A DNA stretch of 55,995 nucleotides from Patescibacteria group bacterium (GCA_018818885.1 JAHIRB010000035.1:1-55995), one strand, 5' to 3'; shown: positions 28,218 to 37,300, numbered from the stretch's first letter. Program-made: numbers and translations. Notes: generated by a model from the sequence alone, not told the origin.

Positions 28218-28655
28218 TCACTTGAGGCGCGAGACTGCCTCGACGCCACTCATAGTTCTGCCAGTGGCGCAATCCATCACGAAGCTGCCGACTGACGACC
28301 CCGCCTTGATCATGGCGAGCCACTGGTCGTAGGTCGCCGTCGCGTACGGTCCGGCCGAGGCCTTGTTGTCGGCGAGCCAGCGTGCGAGCGCTTCGGGCGT
28401 TTCCATCACAGGCGAGATTGGTGTCCCTTCCGTGACGGACTCATACATCTGGTAGTGCGTGCGTTCCGACTCCGGCCACTGCGGCATGACGTCGCATCCG
28501 TAGTTCGGCGGGTCGTTGTTGAGCCAGCCGTCACGTAGTCCCTCCACAATCTCTTCCTCGTCGTACGGGAAGTGCTCGTGCATGGGGATGTGGTGGCCGT
28601 TCTCGTCCTTGGGGTGTTCCCAGTTTGCGGGAACTCTGCGAGCTTCTGTACTCAT
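28218..28655 (-). CDS. cassette 11: antisense, GC-rich hypothetical protein
   Basis: 145 aa; GAGGAGG SD; 42/60 and 38/60 G+C in two lines counted; GGGCTCC/GGAGCCC terminator. Confidence 0.85.
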   Translation of the reverse strand: MSTEARRVPANWEHPKDENGHHIPMHEHFPYDEEEIVEGLRDGWLNNDPPNYGCDVMPQWPESERTHYQMYESVTEGTPISPVMETPEALARWLADNKASAGPYATATYDQWLAMIKAGSSVGSFVMDCATGRTMSGVEAVSRLK

Positions 28656-28717
28656 GGCTTTGTCCTCCTCTTTGGTTGTTTTATGTGCAATTTAACGCCA
28701 AAATTAGCGTTCATATT

Positions 28718-28746
28718 AGTATAGCATAAAACTGATAACCTGTCAA
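28718..28746 (-). promoter_or_regulatory. promoter of antisense module in cassette 11
   Basis: TTGACA-17-TATACT with TGn extension. Confidence 0.85.
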
Positions 28747-28807
28747 GCTCGCGACCAAAAAAATTTCAAAAAGGCTCTAATAATAAGGTATTTTTGAATA
28801 AAACATC

Positions 28808-29253
28808 ACCTAACACCTGCTATCTGACTCCGCCTTTCGATAAATAATTTTTAACCACTTAATATGGAAACTTTAGAAAACTTTATAGAAAAACTTGACG
28901 AAAAAACTGAGATTGAAATAGCAAACTTTTTAAATGCAAGCCAAGATTCAAAAAGAGATTCAATAAAAGCTATTTTAGATTCTAGAATTATAAAAAATTT
29001 ACAGCAACTAACTAAAACAATCGAAGAAAATAACATAAAAACAGAAAACTATAATACTACACTAACTAAACTTACAAAATGGATTTTTATATTTACAGTT
29101 GTGATGACTATTGCAACAATAATCAGTTTATTCAAAGGTTAAAAATTATTTATCGGGCGTCGCGCAAATTGCTCATTCGCTTACGTGATGACCTCCAGTT
29201 AATTATATCACGACGCGAATTTCGCAACTTCAGATAGCAGGGTAACGTTATGT
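28808..29253 (+). other. attC-like site 11 (446 bp, carries a gene)
   Basis: ACCTAAC-A-CCTGCTATCTG ... CAGATAGCAGG-GTAAC-GTTATGT. Confidence 0.82.
28864..29142 (+). CDS. coiled-coil protein with C-terminal TM, inside attC11
   Basis: 92 aa; perfect 19-bp IR 28838-28856/29137-29155. Confidence 0.78.
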   Translation: METLENFIEKLDEKTEIEIANFLNASQDSKRDSIKAILDSRIIKNLQQLTKTIEENNIKTENYNTTLTKLTKWIFIFTVVMTIATIISLFKG

Positions 29254-29307
29254 GATGTTTGGCTTTTACTTAGTACAATTAATAATTTATAATTTAATAA
29301 AACCATT

Positions 29308-29469
29308 ATGAACAAAACAACAAAAATCACATTACTTATTATTGCTGGTTTATTAGTGTTTAACGGATTAATCAATATTTCCGACAATGGAGGAGTTTTA
29401 GCCTATGACATTGCTTCCATTTTATCTGGAATTGGATTTATTGTTGTTGCTCTATCTAAGAAAGCATAA
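29308..29469 (+). CDS. cassette 12: 53-aa 2-TM protein (below the ORF-track cutoff)
   Basis: MNKTTKITLLIIAGLLVFNGLINISDNGGVLAYDIASILSGIGFIVVALSKKA; fills the cassette. Confidence 0.75.
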   Translation: MNKTTKITLLIIAGLLVFNGLINISDNGGVLAYDIASILSGIGFIVVALSKKA

Positions 29470-29481
29470 AAGCCGAACATC

Positions 29482-29678
29482 ACATAACAGCGTGTATCTG
29501 GTTACGGAAAATTGGCGTTAATTAAATCCTTAAGGAATGCCAATTTTCCTCCGCCCAAATTTTCATCCCTTTACAAGATGAGGATTTGGGTGGGGTTCTG
29601 TTAAAAAGTGTCGTCTGATAATCAAAATTTAACCTATTTAATCGGGATGAAAACTTCAGATACACGCGAACGTTATAT
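29482..29678 (+). other. attC-like site 12
   Basis: ACATAAC-A-GCGTGTATCTG ... CAGATACACGC-GAAC-GTTATAT. Confidence 0.88.
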
Positions 29679-29698
29679 GAAATAATAATTTTATTTTT

Positions 29699-30169
29699 AT
29701 GTCAGATAAAATAAACAAATGCCTAGATGATTTAAGATATGCTTATAAATGTAACGTGCCTTTGGGATAAGTACTCGAATCATATAGTTTTTACGCTGAT
29801 CCTAAATATGTCACAATAGAAACTTACAAAAATTTTTGCGTGTTTGTTTATAAAACGGATATTGATAACGAGGGAATTTTAAAAAAAGCTAAAAAATATC
29901 CCGATTACGAAACTTATATAAGTGACAAAAGTAGTTTTGCAAAATTTTTTATTGAACGCGGTCCAAGATTAGATACGCCCAAAAAGAAACGAATTAAAAA
30001 ATATACTACCTATTCAGCGCATGGACATTTCCAAACCAATAATCCTATTTCTGCTTTTTTAAACTTCATAGCGATGTTGCCCGCTTATATATTAATGATG
30101 ACTATCGCCGGAATCGCAAAGATTTTTGTAAGTTTCTTTGACCTGTTCAAATCTAACAAAGAAAAATAA
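29699..30169 (+). pseudogene. cassette 13 gene with in-frame TAA at codon 24
   Basis: ATG 29699 is in frame with ORF 29840; single TAA at 29768-29770, frame otherwise open. Confidence 0.65.
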
Positions 30170-30251
30170 AATTATTACATCGTATAACACGGCGTATACG
30201 ACATTTGTTTATCCACTAAAACCCGGGGGAGTCGTTCGCGAACGGCTTCTC

Positions 30252-30300
30252 TTGACAAAAATAATCAGGCTGATATAATTGTAATACAATGTATTACAAT
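30252..30300 (+). promoter_or_regulatory. TA promoter and operator
   Basis: TTGACA-16-TGnTATAAT followed by palindrome ATTGTAATACA-A-TGTATTACAAT (30278-30300). Confidence 0.85.
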
Positions 30301-30312
30301 TAATCTATTTCT

Positions 30313-30528
30313 ATGAGACAAGTAATTAACATCTCCTTACCTAAACAAACAGCCCATGAAGTCAAATCTGCCGTTAAAAGAGGCAATTATCTCAGCGTCA
30401 GTGAGTTTTTTCGTGATTTATTAAGAGATTGGCAGGCAGGTAATCTTCTTAATGAATTAAACCAAAGTAGAAAAGAAATTAAAGCGGGCAAGGGCAAAAC
30501 CTTAAAATCCTTAAAGGATTTAAGGTAA
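30313..30528 (+). CDS. ribbon-helix-helix antitoxin (ParD/CopG-like)
   Basis: VINISLP...G.Y.SVSEFFRDLLR; upstream of RelE-like toxin. Confidence 0.85.
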   Translation: MRQVINISLPKQTAHEVKSAVKRGNYLSVSEFFRDLLRDWQAGNLLNELNQSRKEIKAGKGKTLKSLKDLR

Positions 30529-30534
30529 TTTTTT

Positions 30535-30792
30535 ATGGAAATTATTTATTCCTCAAAGTTTGCCCGTGAATATAAGAAACTGCCAAAAAAAGTAAAGGCA
30601 ACGGCGGAAGAGCACGAAACAATATTCAGACAGAACCCCCGAGATCCAAGATTAAACACGCACAAACTTCATGGCAGACTTAAAGAATTCTGGTCTTTTT
30701 CAATCGGGAACAAATACCGAATTATTTTTGAATTTGGCAATGACACTACAATTTGCTTGCATTTAGTCGGCAATCATGATATTTACCAATAA
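30535..30792 (+). CDS. RelE-superfamily mRNA interferase toxin (YafQ/YoeB-like)
   Basis: YSSKFAREYKKL, HKLHGRLKEFWSFSI, YRIIF, VGNHDIY. Confidence 0.9.
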   Translation: MEIIYSSKFAREYKKLPKKVKATAEEHETIFRQNPRDPRLNTHKLHGRLKEFWSFSIGNKYRIIFEFGNDTTICLHLVGNHDIYQ

Positions 30793-30908
30793 ACAAACGT
30801 CGCATACGCTGGAACGTTAGGCGAACTTTATATGATCCTGATGTTATGCAATTACATAATTTAACACGAAAAAAGAATTTTTAGAATGTAGATTATAATC
30901 TAGAAATT

Positions 30909-31373
30909 ATGAGCAAAAATAATATGAAAAGTATTATCTTCCCCAAGGTTAAAGAGTGGTTTTTAAGATACATACTCGCAGAAATAGTAGCCATCATAGG
31001 TGCTATGGTGGGAGGTCTATTAGCATATTACTTTTTTAACAACCTTGTTGCTACTGCTCTCGGTGGAACTTGGGGCGAAAATATTGGTTATTATGGACAA
31101 ATAATATATAGTGATTTAAAAAAGAGCAAACAAAAAGACGGAAAAATTACATTTATTATTGTTCTTAAACTTATAAGAAACGCCATTATAGAATTTGGGC
31201 CAGGGGAGTATCTTGATAGCTTTCTTATTCGTCCTATTACCATGTATTTTTTTATAAGCGTAGTTGGTAGTCTTCCTGTTGGGTTATTCCTTGGCAAAAT
31301 AAGTGCTGATGTCATTTTTTATATACCTACAATTACTGCATACGAGTTTCAAAAAAAATACATTAAAGATTAA
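30909..31373 (+). CDS. membrane protein, hypothetical, outside the last attC
   Basis: 154-aa hydrophobic ORF; no downstream R'' site found. Confidence 0.75.
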   Translation: MSKNNMKSIIFPKVKEWFLRYILAEIVAIIGAMVGGLLAYYFFNNLVATALGGTWGENIGYYGQIIYSDLKKSKQKDGKITFIIVLKLIRNAIIEFGPGEYLDSFLIRPITMYFFISVVGSLPVGLFLGKISADVIFYIPTITAYEFQKKYIKD

Positions 31374-31454
31374 TATTTTTTTGTTATTTAGGAACTCCGA
31401 ATCGGAATCTCGCGTAAGCGTATATGCTAGATCCTAAATTTAATTCAGAATTAC

Positions 31455-31487
31455 AAAAAAAAGGCGAGGCGTGGAAGCCTCGTCTTT
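31455..31487. terminator. terminator between convergent gene blocks
   Basis: A8-GGCGAGGC-GTGGAA-GCCTCGTC-TTT. Confidence 0.75.
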
Positions 31488-31509
31488 AAGGTTTTATTAA
31501 TTTGTATTA

Positions 31510-32322
31510 CTATCTATATTTATTTATTTCATCTCTAAGTTTTTTTGCTTTTTCTGCCGCATTTTCAGCAAACTTTTCGTCTGAACCAGCATAAATTATT
31601 CCACGAGCGGAATGAACAATCAAACCCTGTCCATTCGAATCTTTTCCATTATCCATAACTGCTTTAACATCACCACCTTGTGCGCCTATACCAGGAAGCA
31701 GTATCGGCATGTCACCAATAATTTTTCTAATTTCTTTTAGTTCTTTTGGGTACGTTGCACCAACTACAACAAGTAAGTTTTTGTTTTTATTCCATTCATT
31801 AGCTACTTTTTCTGCCACTATCTGGTAGATTTTTTTCCCTTCTACTTCTAAGTCTTGTAAGTCTTTAGCTCCTGGGTTAGAAGTTCTGCATAATACAATT
31901 ACTCCCTTGTCTTTGTAATCAGTAAATGGTTCTAAAGTATCGCCACCCATATATGGGTTTACGGTTACTGCGTCTGCACTTAATATTTCGAAAGCTTGTT
32001 TAGCATACATTTTTGCAGTGTTGCCAATATCGTTACGTTTGGCATCCAATATTACCGGCATATCGGGGTAGTTTTGTTTTACGTAGTTGATGCTTTCTTT
32101 AAGCTGGTCAATAGTGTCGGAACCAGCATACATGGCGTATTGGAATTTGAAAGATGAAGCAAAGTCAACAGTTGCGTCAATAATTGTTTTGTTAAATTCA
32201 AACGCTGCTTTTTCGTGAGTTTTTAGGTGTTCTGGGATTTTTTCAAGATCTGTATCCAAACCTACACAAACTAGTGAGTTTTTTTTATCCCAGGATGCTT
32301 TTAAATTTTTTATGAAAGTCAT
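31510..32322 (-). CDS. pyrF: orotidine-5'-phosphate decarboxylase
   Basis: CVGLD, ILDAKRNDIGNT, TVNPYMG, PGIGAQGG. Confidence 0.95.
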   Translation of the reverse strand: MTFIKNLKASWDKKNSLVCVGLDTDLEKIPEHLKTHEKAAFEFNKTIIDATVDFASSFKFQYAMYAGSDTIDQLKESINYVKQNYPDMPVILDAKRNDIGNTAKMYAKQAFEILSADAVTVNPYMGGDTLEPFTDYKDKGVIVLCRTSNPGAKDLQDLEVEGKKIYQIVAEKVANEWNKNKNLLVVVGATYPKELKEIRKIIGDMPILLPGIGAQGGDVKAVMDNGKDSNGQGLIVHSARGIIYAGSDEKFAENAAEKAKKLRDEINKYR

Positions 32323-32345
32323 AAATTTTTACTCTGACTCGGCGA

Positions 32346-32371
32346 GCCACGTCGTTCACGAACGACGTGGC
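32346..32371. repeat. GTCGTTC..GAACGAC palindrome
   Basis: 12-bp perfect arms; related to AGTCGTTCGCGAACGGCT near 30230. Confidence 0.7.
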
Positions 32372-32393
32372 GAGGACGCCTTCGTCAGTTTTA

Positions 32394-32993
32394 TTAAAAT
32401 TGATTATCTTTTAAGAATTGTTGCACTTTTTCTTTCGTGTCATCATCTATTTTTCCTTCTTCTAATAAAACAGTTATAATGTCAGACATTGTGATTATAT
32501 TGTGAAGTTTATAACCTTTGTTTTCAATACGTTTTTTCCCACCTTGTTCACGGTCAAGTAAAATAATGACGTCACTGATTTTTAAACCTTCATGTTCGAG
32601 TGGTTCGATAGTCTCAAAAACTGAACTACCAGAACTAATCAAATCTTCAATAATTAAACAGGTTTGCCCTTTTTTGTATACTCCTTCAATGGCTTTTTTA
32701 GTACCATAGTCTTTTACTTCTTTTCTACGCATTACCATTGGTTTATTTAAATCCATCGAAATGACTGTTGCGATTGGTAATGCAGTGTAGGGAACGCCTG
32801 CGATTAAATCGTAATTTAAATCTTTAGCAATTTTTGACATTTCGTCAGCTACAGCTTTTAAAACCTCTGGGTAAGAAATTGTTACTCTCAAATCAATATA
32901 AATTGGAGAAATTATGCCTGTTTTTAGTTTGAATTCACCGAATTTGATAGCATTAATTTTGTTAAGTTTTAAAATTAGTTCTTTTTTATTCAT
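32394..32993 (-). CDS. pyrE: orotate phosphoribosyltransferase
   Basis: FKLKTG..SP.YIDLR, KDYGT, IEDLISSGSS PRPP loop. Confidence 0.95.
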   Translation of the reverse strand: MNKKELILKLNKINAIKFGEFKLKTGIISPIYIDLRVTISYPEVLKAVADEMSKIAKDLNYDLIAGVPYTALPIATVISMDLNKPMVMRRKEVKDYGTKKAIEGVYKKGQTCLIIEDLISSGSSVFETIEPLEHEGLKISDVIILLDREQGGKKRIENKGYKLHNIITMSDIITVLLEEGKIDDDTKEKVQQFLKDNQF

Positions 32994-33015
32994 AGGTTAT
33001 TACCTTTCTTCTCTC

Positions 33016-33134
33016 TTTGTCATCTCGACCAGTGTTTTGTTGATTCACGCAAGTGGAGAGATCCCATATCATACAATATTGAAAGGTGTGAGATTCCTCG
33101 ACTCCGGCCCTTGGCCTCCGCTCGGAATGACAAA
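33016..33134. repeat. TGTCAT...ATGACA palindromic element, copy 4
   Basis: TTTGTCATCTCGACC...CTCGGAATGACAAA. Confidence 0.88.
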
Positions 33135-33138
33135 CTGG

Positions 33139-34179
33139 CTAATTGTAAATTTCTTCCCCTCTAAAATTATTATTTATTGAATTATTATCAAAGACTGTTT
33201 CACCATTAATTATTGTTTTTATTGGCCAGCCGGTGAGTTGCCAGCCATCAAAAGGAGACCAGCCGCATTTTGTGTATAAATTTTCGTTTTTAACTTCTTT
33301 TTTTAATGTCATGTCAACGATGGTTCTGCAGTCTTCTCGAATTGGTATGTGGAATATTTTTGTTGGGTTTGTTGACATAAGTTCAATTAAGCGTTCTAAT
33401 TTTAGCATACCATTATTCACTGCATCAAGCATCAAAGGAAGCGAACTTTCAAGTCCAGGAATTCCACGTGGAAAATCATCCTGTTGTTTTTCTTTTTTAG
33501 TATGAGGCGCGTGGTCAGATCCGATAGTATCAACCGTACCATCTTCTATTGCTTGCCATAAAGCATCTACATTGCTTTGAGATTTTAAGTTTGGATACAT
33601 CTCCCAAAACCCGTCTTTAATATTTTCGTTTTTTAAAAATAAATGATGAGGGGTTACTTCTACAAAAATGTCTTTTGTTTTATTTTTCTTAATGTATTCA
33701 ATTTCGTCTTTAGTAGATATGTGACAAAGATAAAGTTTATTACCACACTTCTTAGTCAATTTAATAGCGAGTTCAACCATTTCTCCTTCTGCGTGGCAAG
33801 AAATAATAGGGGAGACACTAAATATCTTTTCTAAGATTCTGTCATCGTCGATCTTTAAATTTCCTGTTGAGAAATTCAAAAAAACTTTGACCGATGCGAT
33901 CTTATCTCTAACTTTTTTTATCTCATTCCAGTTGTCTGTACTGGCGGCAAAATGAAAGCCATAATTTACCATTGCATCTTTTTGTGCGATCTTTCTTTTT
34001 TGTTCAAGAAGTTCCGCAGTCGTGGTCGGTGGTTTGGTATTAGGCATATCTAAAACAGTAGTAAAACCACCTGCCAAGGCTGCTTTAGAGCCTGTTTGCC
34101 AGTCTTCTTTATGATCAAGTCCGGGAGTTCGAAAGTGAACATGGGGATCGATTAGTTGTGGAAGTGTGATTATGCTCAT
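33139..34179 (-). CDS. pyrC: dihydroorotase
   Basis: IDPHVHFR, DMPNT, EVTPHHL, SDHAPH. Confidence 0.93.
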   Translation of the reverse strand: MSIITLPQLIDPHVHFRTPGLDHKEDWQTGSKAALAGGFTTVLDMPNTKPPTTTAELLEQKRKIAQKDAMVNYGFHFAASTDNWNEIKKVRDKIASVKVFLNFSTGNLKIDDDRILEKIFSVSPIISCHAEGEMVELAIKLTKKCGNKLYLCHISTKDEIEYIKKNKTKDIFVEVTPHHLFLKNENIKDGFWEMYPNLKSQSNVDALWQAIEDGTVDTIGSDHAPHTKKEKQQDDFPRGIPGLESSLPLMLDAVNNGMLKLERLIELMSTNPTKIFHIPIREDCRTIVDMTLKKEVKNENLYTKCGWSPFDGWQLTGWPIKTIINGETVFDNNSINNNFRGEEIYN

Positions 34180-34194
34180 ATAGATAAAGCTCAA

Positions 34195-34330
34195 ATGTTA
34201 ATCATGAAGCATGTAACATGGAACAAGTCTTAGGTATTGCATACTACATGATATATGATACATGTTCTATGAAATTGGATTTAGTCATTTGGATTTTATT
34301 TAACATTGTGATTTTGAAATTTGACATTTT
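34195..34330. repeat. 7-nt-periodic low-complexity repeats
   Basis: CATG/ATG-periodic and ATTTG/ATTTT-periodic tracts. Confidence 0.5.
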
Positions 34331-34348
34331 ATTTGATAGATTATGCTT

Positions 34349-37300
34349 TTAATTATATTCATCCCAACTTTTTATTTTTAAATCTTTAAGTTCTTTTTTG
34401 AAAATTGAATCAACAAATAATTTTGCTAACCGTAGATTGGTTATCAATGGAATATTGTAATCAATTGCTTGTCTGCGAAGCATGTAGCCATTACTAACAA
34501 CTTCTCGATTTAAGCCATCAGGTATATTTATTACAAAGTCTACCTTACCTTCTTTAATAAGGTCAAGACCGTTTGGCGCTATTTTATCTTTAATTTTATA
34601 GACAAGCTTATTTTCAATACCATTTTCTTCTAAAAATTTCGACGTGTTAACAGTGGCGTAAATATTAAAGCCCATATTTTTTAATTTATTCGAGGCTTCC
34701 AAGAAATCTGCCTTATTATCTTCACCACCTAAACTTATAAGCACATTTTCTTTAGGATATCTAAAACCAGTTCCCAGCATTGCTTTTAGTAGTGTTTCCT
34801 GCAAATCATCTCCAAAGGCTGCTACTTCTCCAGTTGAACCCATTTCTACGTAAAGTACAGGGTCTGCGCCTTTAATTCTTGAATAAGAAAATTGAGGTAC
34901 TTTTACGCCCATATAATCAAGATCAACAGTATTATAAGAACCGTGGATATCAATACCAAGCATGGCTTTGGTGGCAAGTTCAATAAAATTATATTTTGTT
35001 ACCTTGGAGACAAATGGGAAGCTTCGTGATGCGCGCAAATTACATTCAATTACTTTAATTTCGTTATTAATAGCTAAAAATTGGATATTAAATGGGCCAG
35101 TGATATTTAGTGCACTTATAATTTGTCTGGTGATTTTTTTGCAACGCCTGACTGTTTCTAAATATGTTTTCTGGGGTGGTAAGACCATAGTTGCATCACC
35201 AGAATGTATGCCAGCGTTTTCTACATGTTCAGAAATGGCATAAATTTTTAATTCTCCCTTTTGAGCAACTCCATCAATTTCGATTTCGCGTGCACCCTGA
35301 ATAAATTTGCTAATGACTACTGGGTGTTCTGGAGAAACAAGGGTGGCTTGTTTTAAGCAGGTAACCAAACTTTTTTCGTTAGGTGCAATGTTCATAGCAG
35401 CACCAGAAAGAACGTAAGAAGGACGTACTAAAACAGGATAATTAACTTTTTCTGCAAATTTTATTGCTTCTTCGATACTAGTTAATTCCTTCCACGCTGG
35501 CTGATCAACTTTTAGTTTATCAAGTAATGCAGAAAATTTATGTCTATTTTCTGCTCTATCTATATCAAGTGGGGAAGTGCCTAATATTTTTACTTTTGCA
35601 CCATGCAATTCCATAGCCAAATTGTTGGCAATTTGTCCACCAACTGAAACATTTACGCCTTTTGGTTTTTCAAATTCATAGATATCAAGTACACGTTCAA
35701 ATGATATTTCTTCAAAATATAATCTATCACAAATGTCATAATCGGTAGAAACAGTTTCTGGATTATAATTAATCATTATGGTTTTGTAGCCAAGTTTGTT
35801 GGCAGCTAAGGTTGCGTTAACAGCGCACCAATCAAATTCTACGCTAGAACCAATTCTATATACTCCAGAACCCAGTGTGACAATCGAATTTTTAGAAGGC
35901 TTTAAATCGTGCTCCGTGCCGTTATAGGTCATATATAAGTAATTGGTTTTAGCTGGATATTCGGCAGCTAAAGTATCAATTTGTTTTACTACTGGCAAAA
36001 CTTTATTTACTTTTCGTAGTTGTCTAATTTCTGGAGTTTCGACTTTTTTGATTTTTGCGATTTGTCTATCTGAAAAACCTGCTTGTTTGGCTTCGAGTAA
36101 TAAATCTTTTGTTAAATCATTTTTGTAAAGTTTCTTTTCTATTTCAGTAATATTTTGCAGTTTGTATAAAAACCATTTATCTATTCCAGTTTTGTTATAA
36201 ATTTTTGAAATCGGAATGCCTTTTTTGATGCCTTCTGCCACAGCAAAAACTCTTTGTTCAGTAGGATTTTCCATCTCGTCTATTACCCCATTAGCAAATT
36301 TTAAATTATTTTGAACCACGCCATACATTCCAATGTCTAGCATTCGAATGGCTTTTTGCAAAGCTTCTTCAAACTTTCTGCCTATGGCCATTACCTCTCC
36401 AACACTTTTCATCTCAGAACCTAATACACGATACGCGCCTTGGAATTTTTTTAGATCCCAGCGCGGAATTTTTACTACCAAATAATCAAGTGCTGGTTCA
36501 AAGCAAGCTGTAGTAGCTTTGGTGATTGAGTTTTTTATTTCTGTTAAACCATAACCTAGCCCAAGCTTAGCGGCTATAAAGGCTAGAGGATAGCCGGTTG
36601 CTTTAGATGCTAAAGCAGATGATCTCGAAAGTCTGGCATTAACCTCAATTACCCTGTAATCTTCTGATTTAGGATCAAAGGCATATTGTATATTGCATTC
36701 CCCAACAATTCCAAGATGTCTGATAACATCAATAGAAATTTTTCTTAATTTATGATATTCGTGATTAGTCAATGTCTGCGAAGGTGCAACTACTATACTT
36801 TCGCCAGTATGTATGCCCATTGGGTCAAAGTTTTCCATATTACAAACTGTAATGCAATTATCAAATCTATCTCGTACTACTTCGTATTCAATTTCTTTCC
36901 ATTTCAATAAACATTCCTCCACAAGCACTTGTGGTACTTCGGCAAAAGCTTGGTTACACATTTCATCTAATTCTTTGGCATTTTTTGCTATACCAGAATG
37001 TTTACCACCCAAAGCAAAGGCAGCACGCATCATAACAGGGTAGCCAAGTTTTTGAGCAAATTTAAGTGCAGCATTAGTATTATTGACTGCCTTTGATTTA
37101 GCAGTTTTAATACTTATTTGGTTTAGTTTTTTGATAAACAAAGCGCGATCTTCGGTGTCTTCAATGGTCTGTATGGGAGTTCCAAGCACGTTAACCCGGT
37201 ATTTTTTTAGCACCCCATTACGTGCAAGTTCTAATCCGCAGTTGAGCGCAGTTTGGCCACCAAAAGCAAGCATGATGCCCTGTGGTTTTTCTTTTTTGAT

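Larger units (their letters stand above)
17464..30822. mobile_element. non-canonical integron-like element: integrase, attI and 13 cassettes
   Basis: Divergent tyrosine recombinase; 13 AAC...GTT sites; each cassette start is the reverse complement of its own end (12/13 within one mismatch over 7 nt). Confidence 0.93.
30182..30822 (+). other. attC-like site 13 (641 bp, carries a TA operon; simple stem)
   Basis: GTATAAC-A-23-nt arm (30190-30212) pairs 20/23 with 30789-30811, then GAAC-GTTAGGC. Confidence 0.82.

Noticed and set aside
19609-30822. CRISPR array interpretation of the recurring motifs
   Set aside because: Spacing is irregular (100-1100 bp), units contain full genes, repeats covary as stems, and no cas genes are present.
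19609-30822. IS1111-attC or group IIC intron insertions explaining the long attC sites
   Set aside because: None of the nine internal ORFs resembles a transposase or reverse transcriptase, and the inserts are unrelated to each other.
30849-30876. dif-like site after the array (TTATGTAATTG on the minus strand)
   Set aside because: Only one arm matches; the partner arm at 6-bp spacing has no similarity.
30816-31373. Gene 30909-31373 as a 14th cassette
   Set aside because: It follows GTTAGGC, but no CGCCTAAC-type R'' or 11-bp stem occurs before the terminator at 31455.
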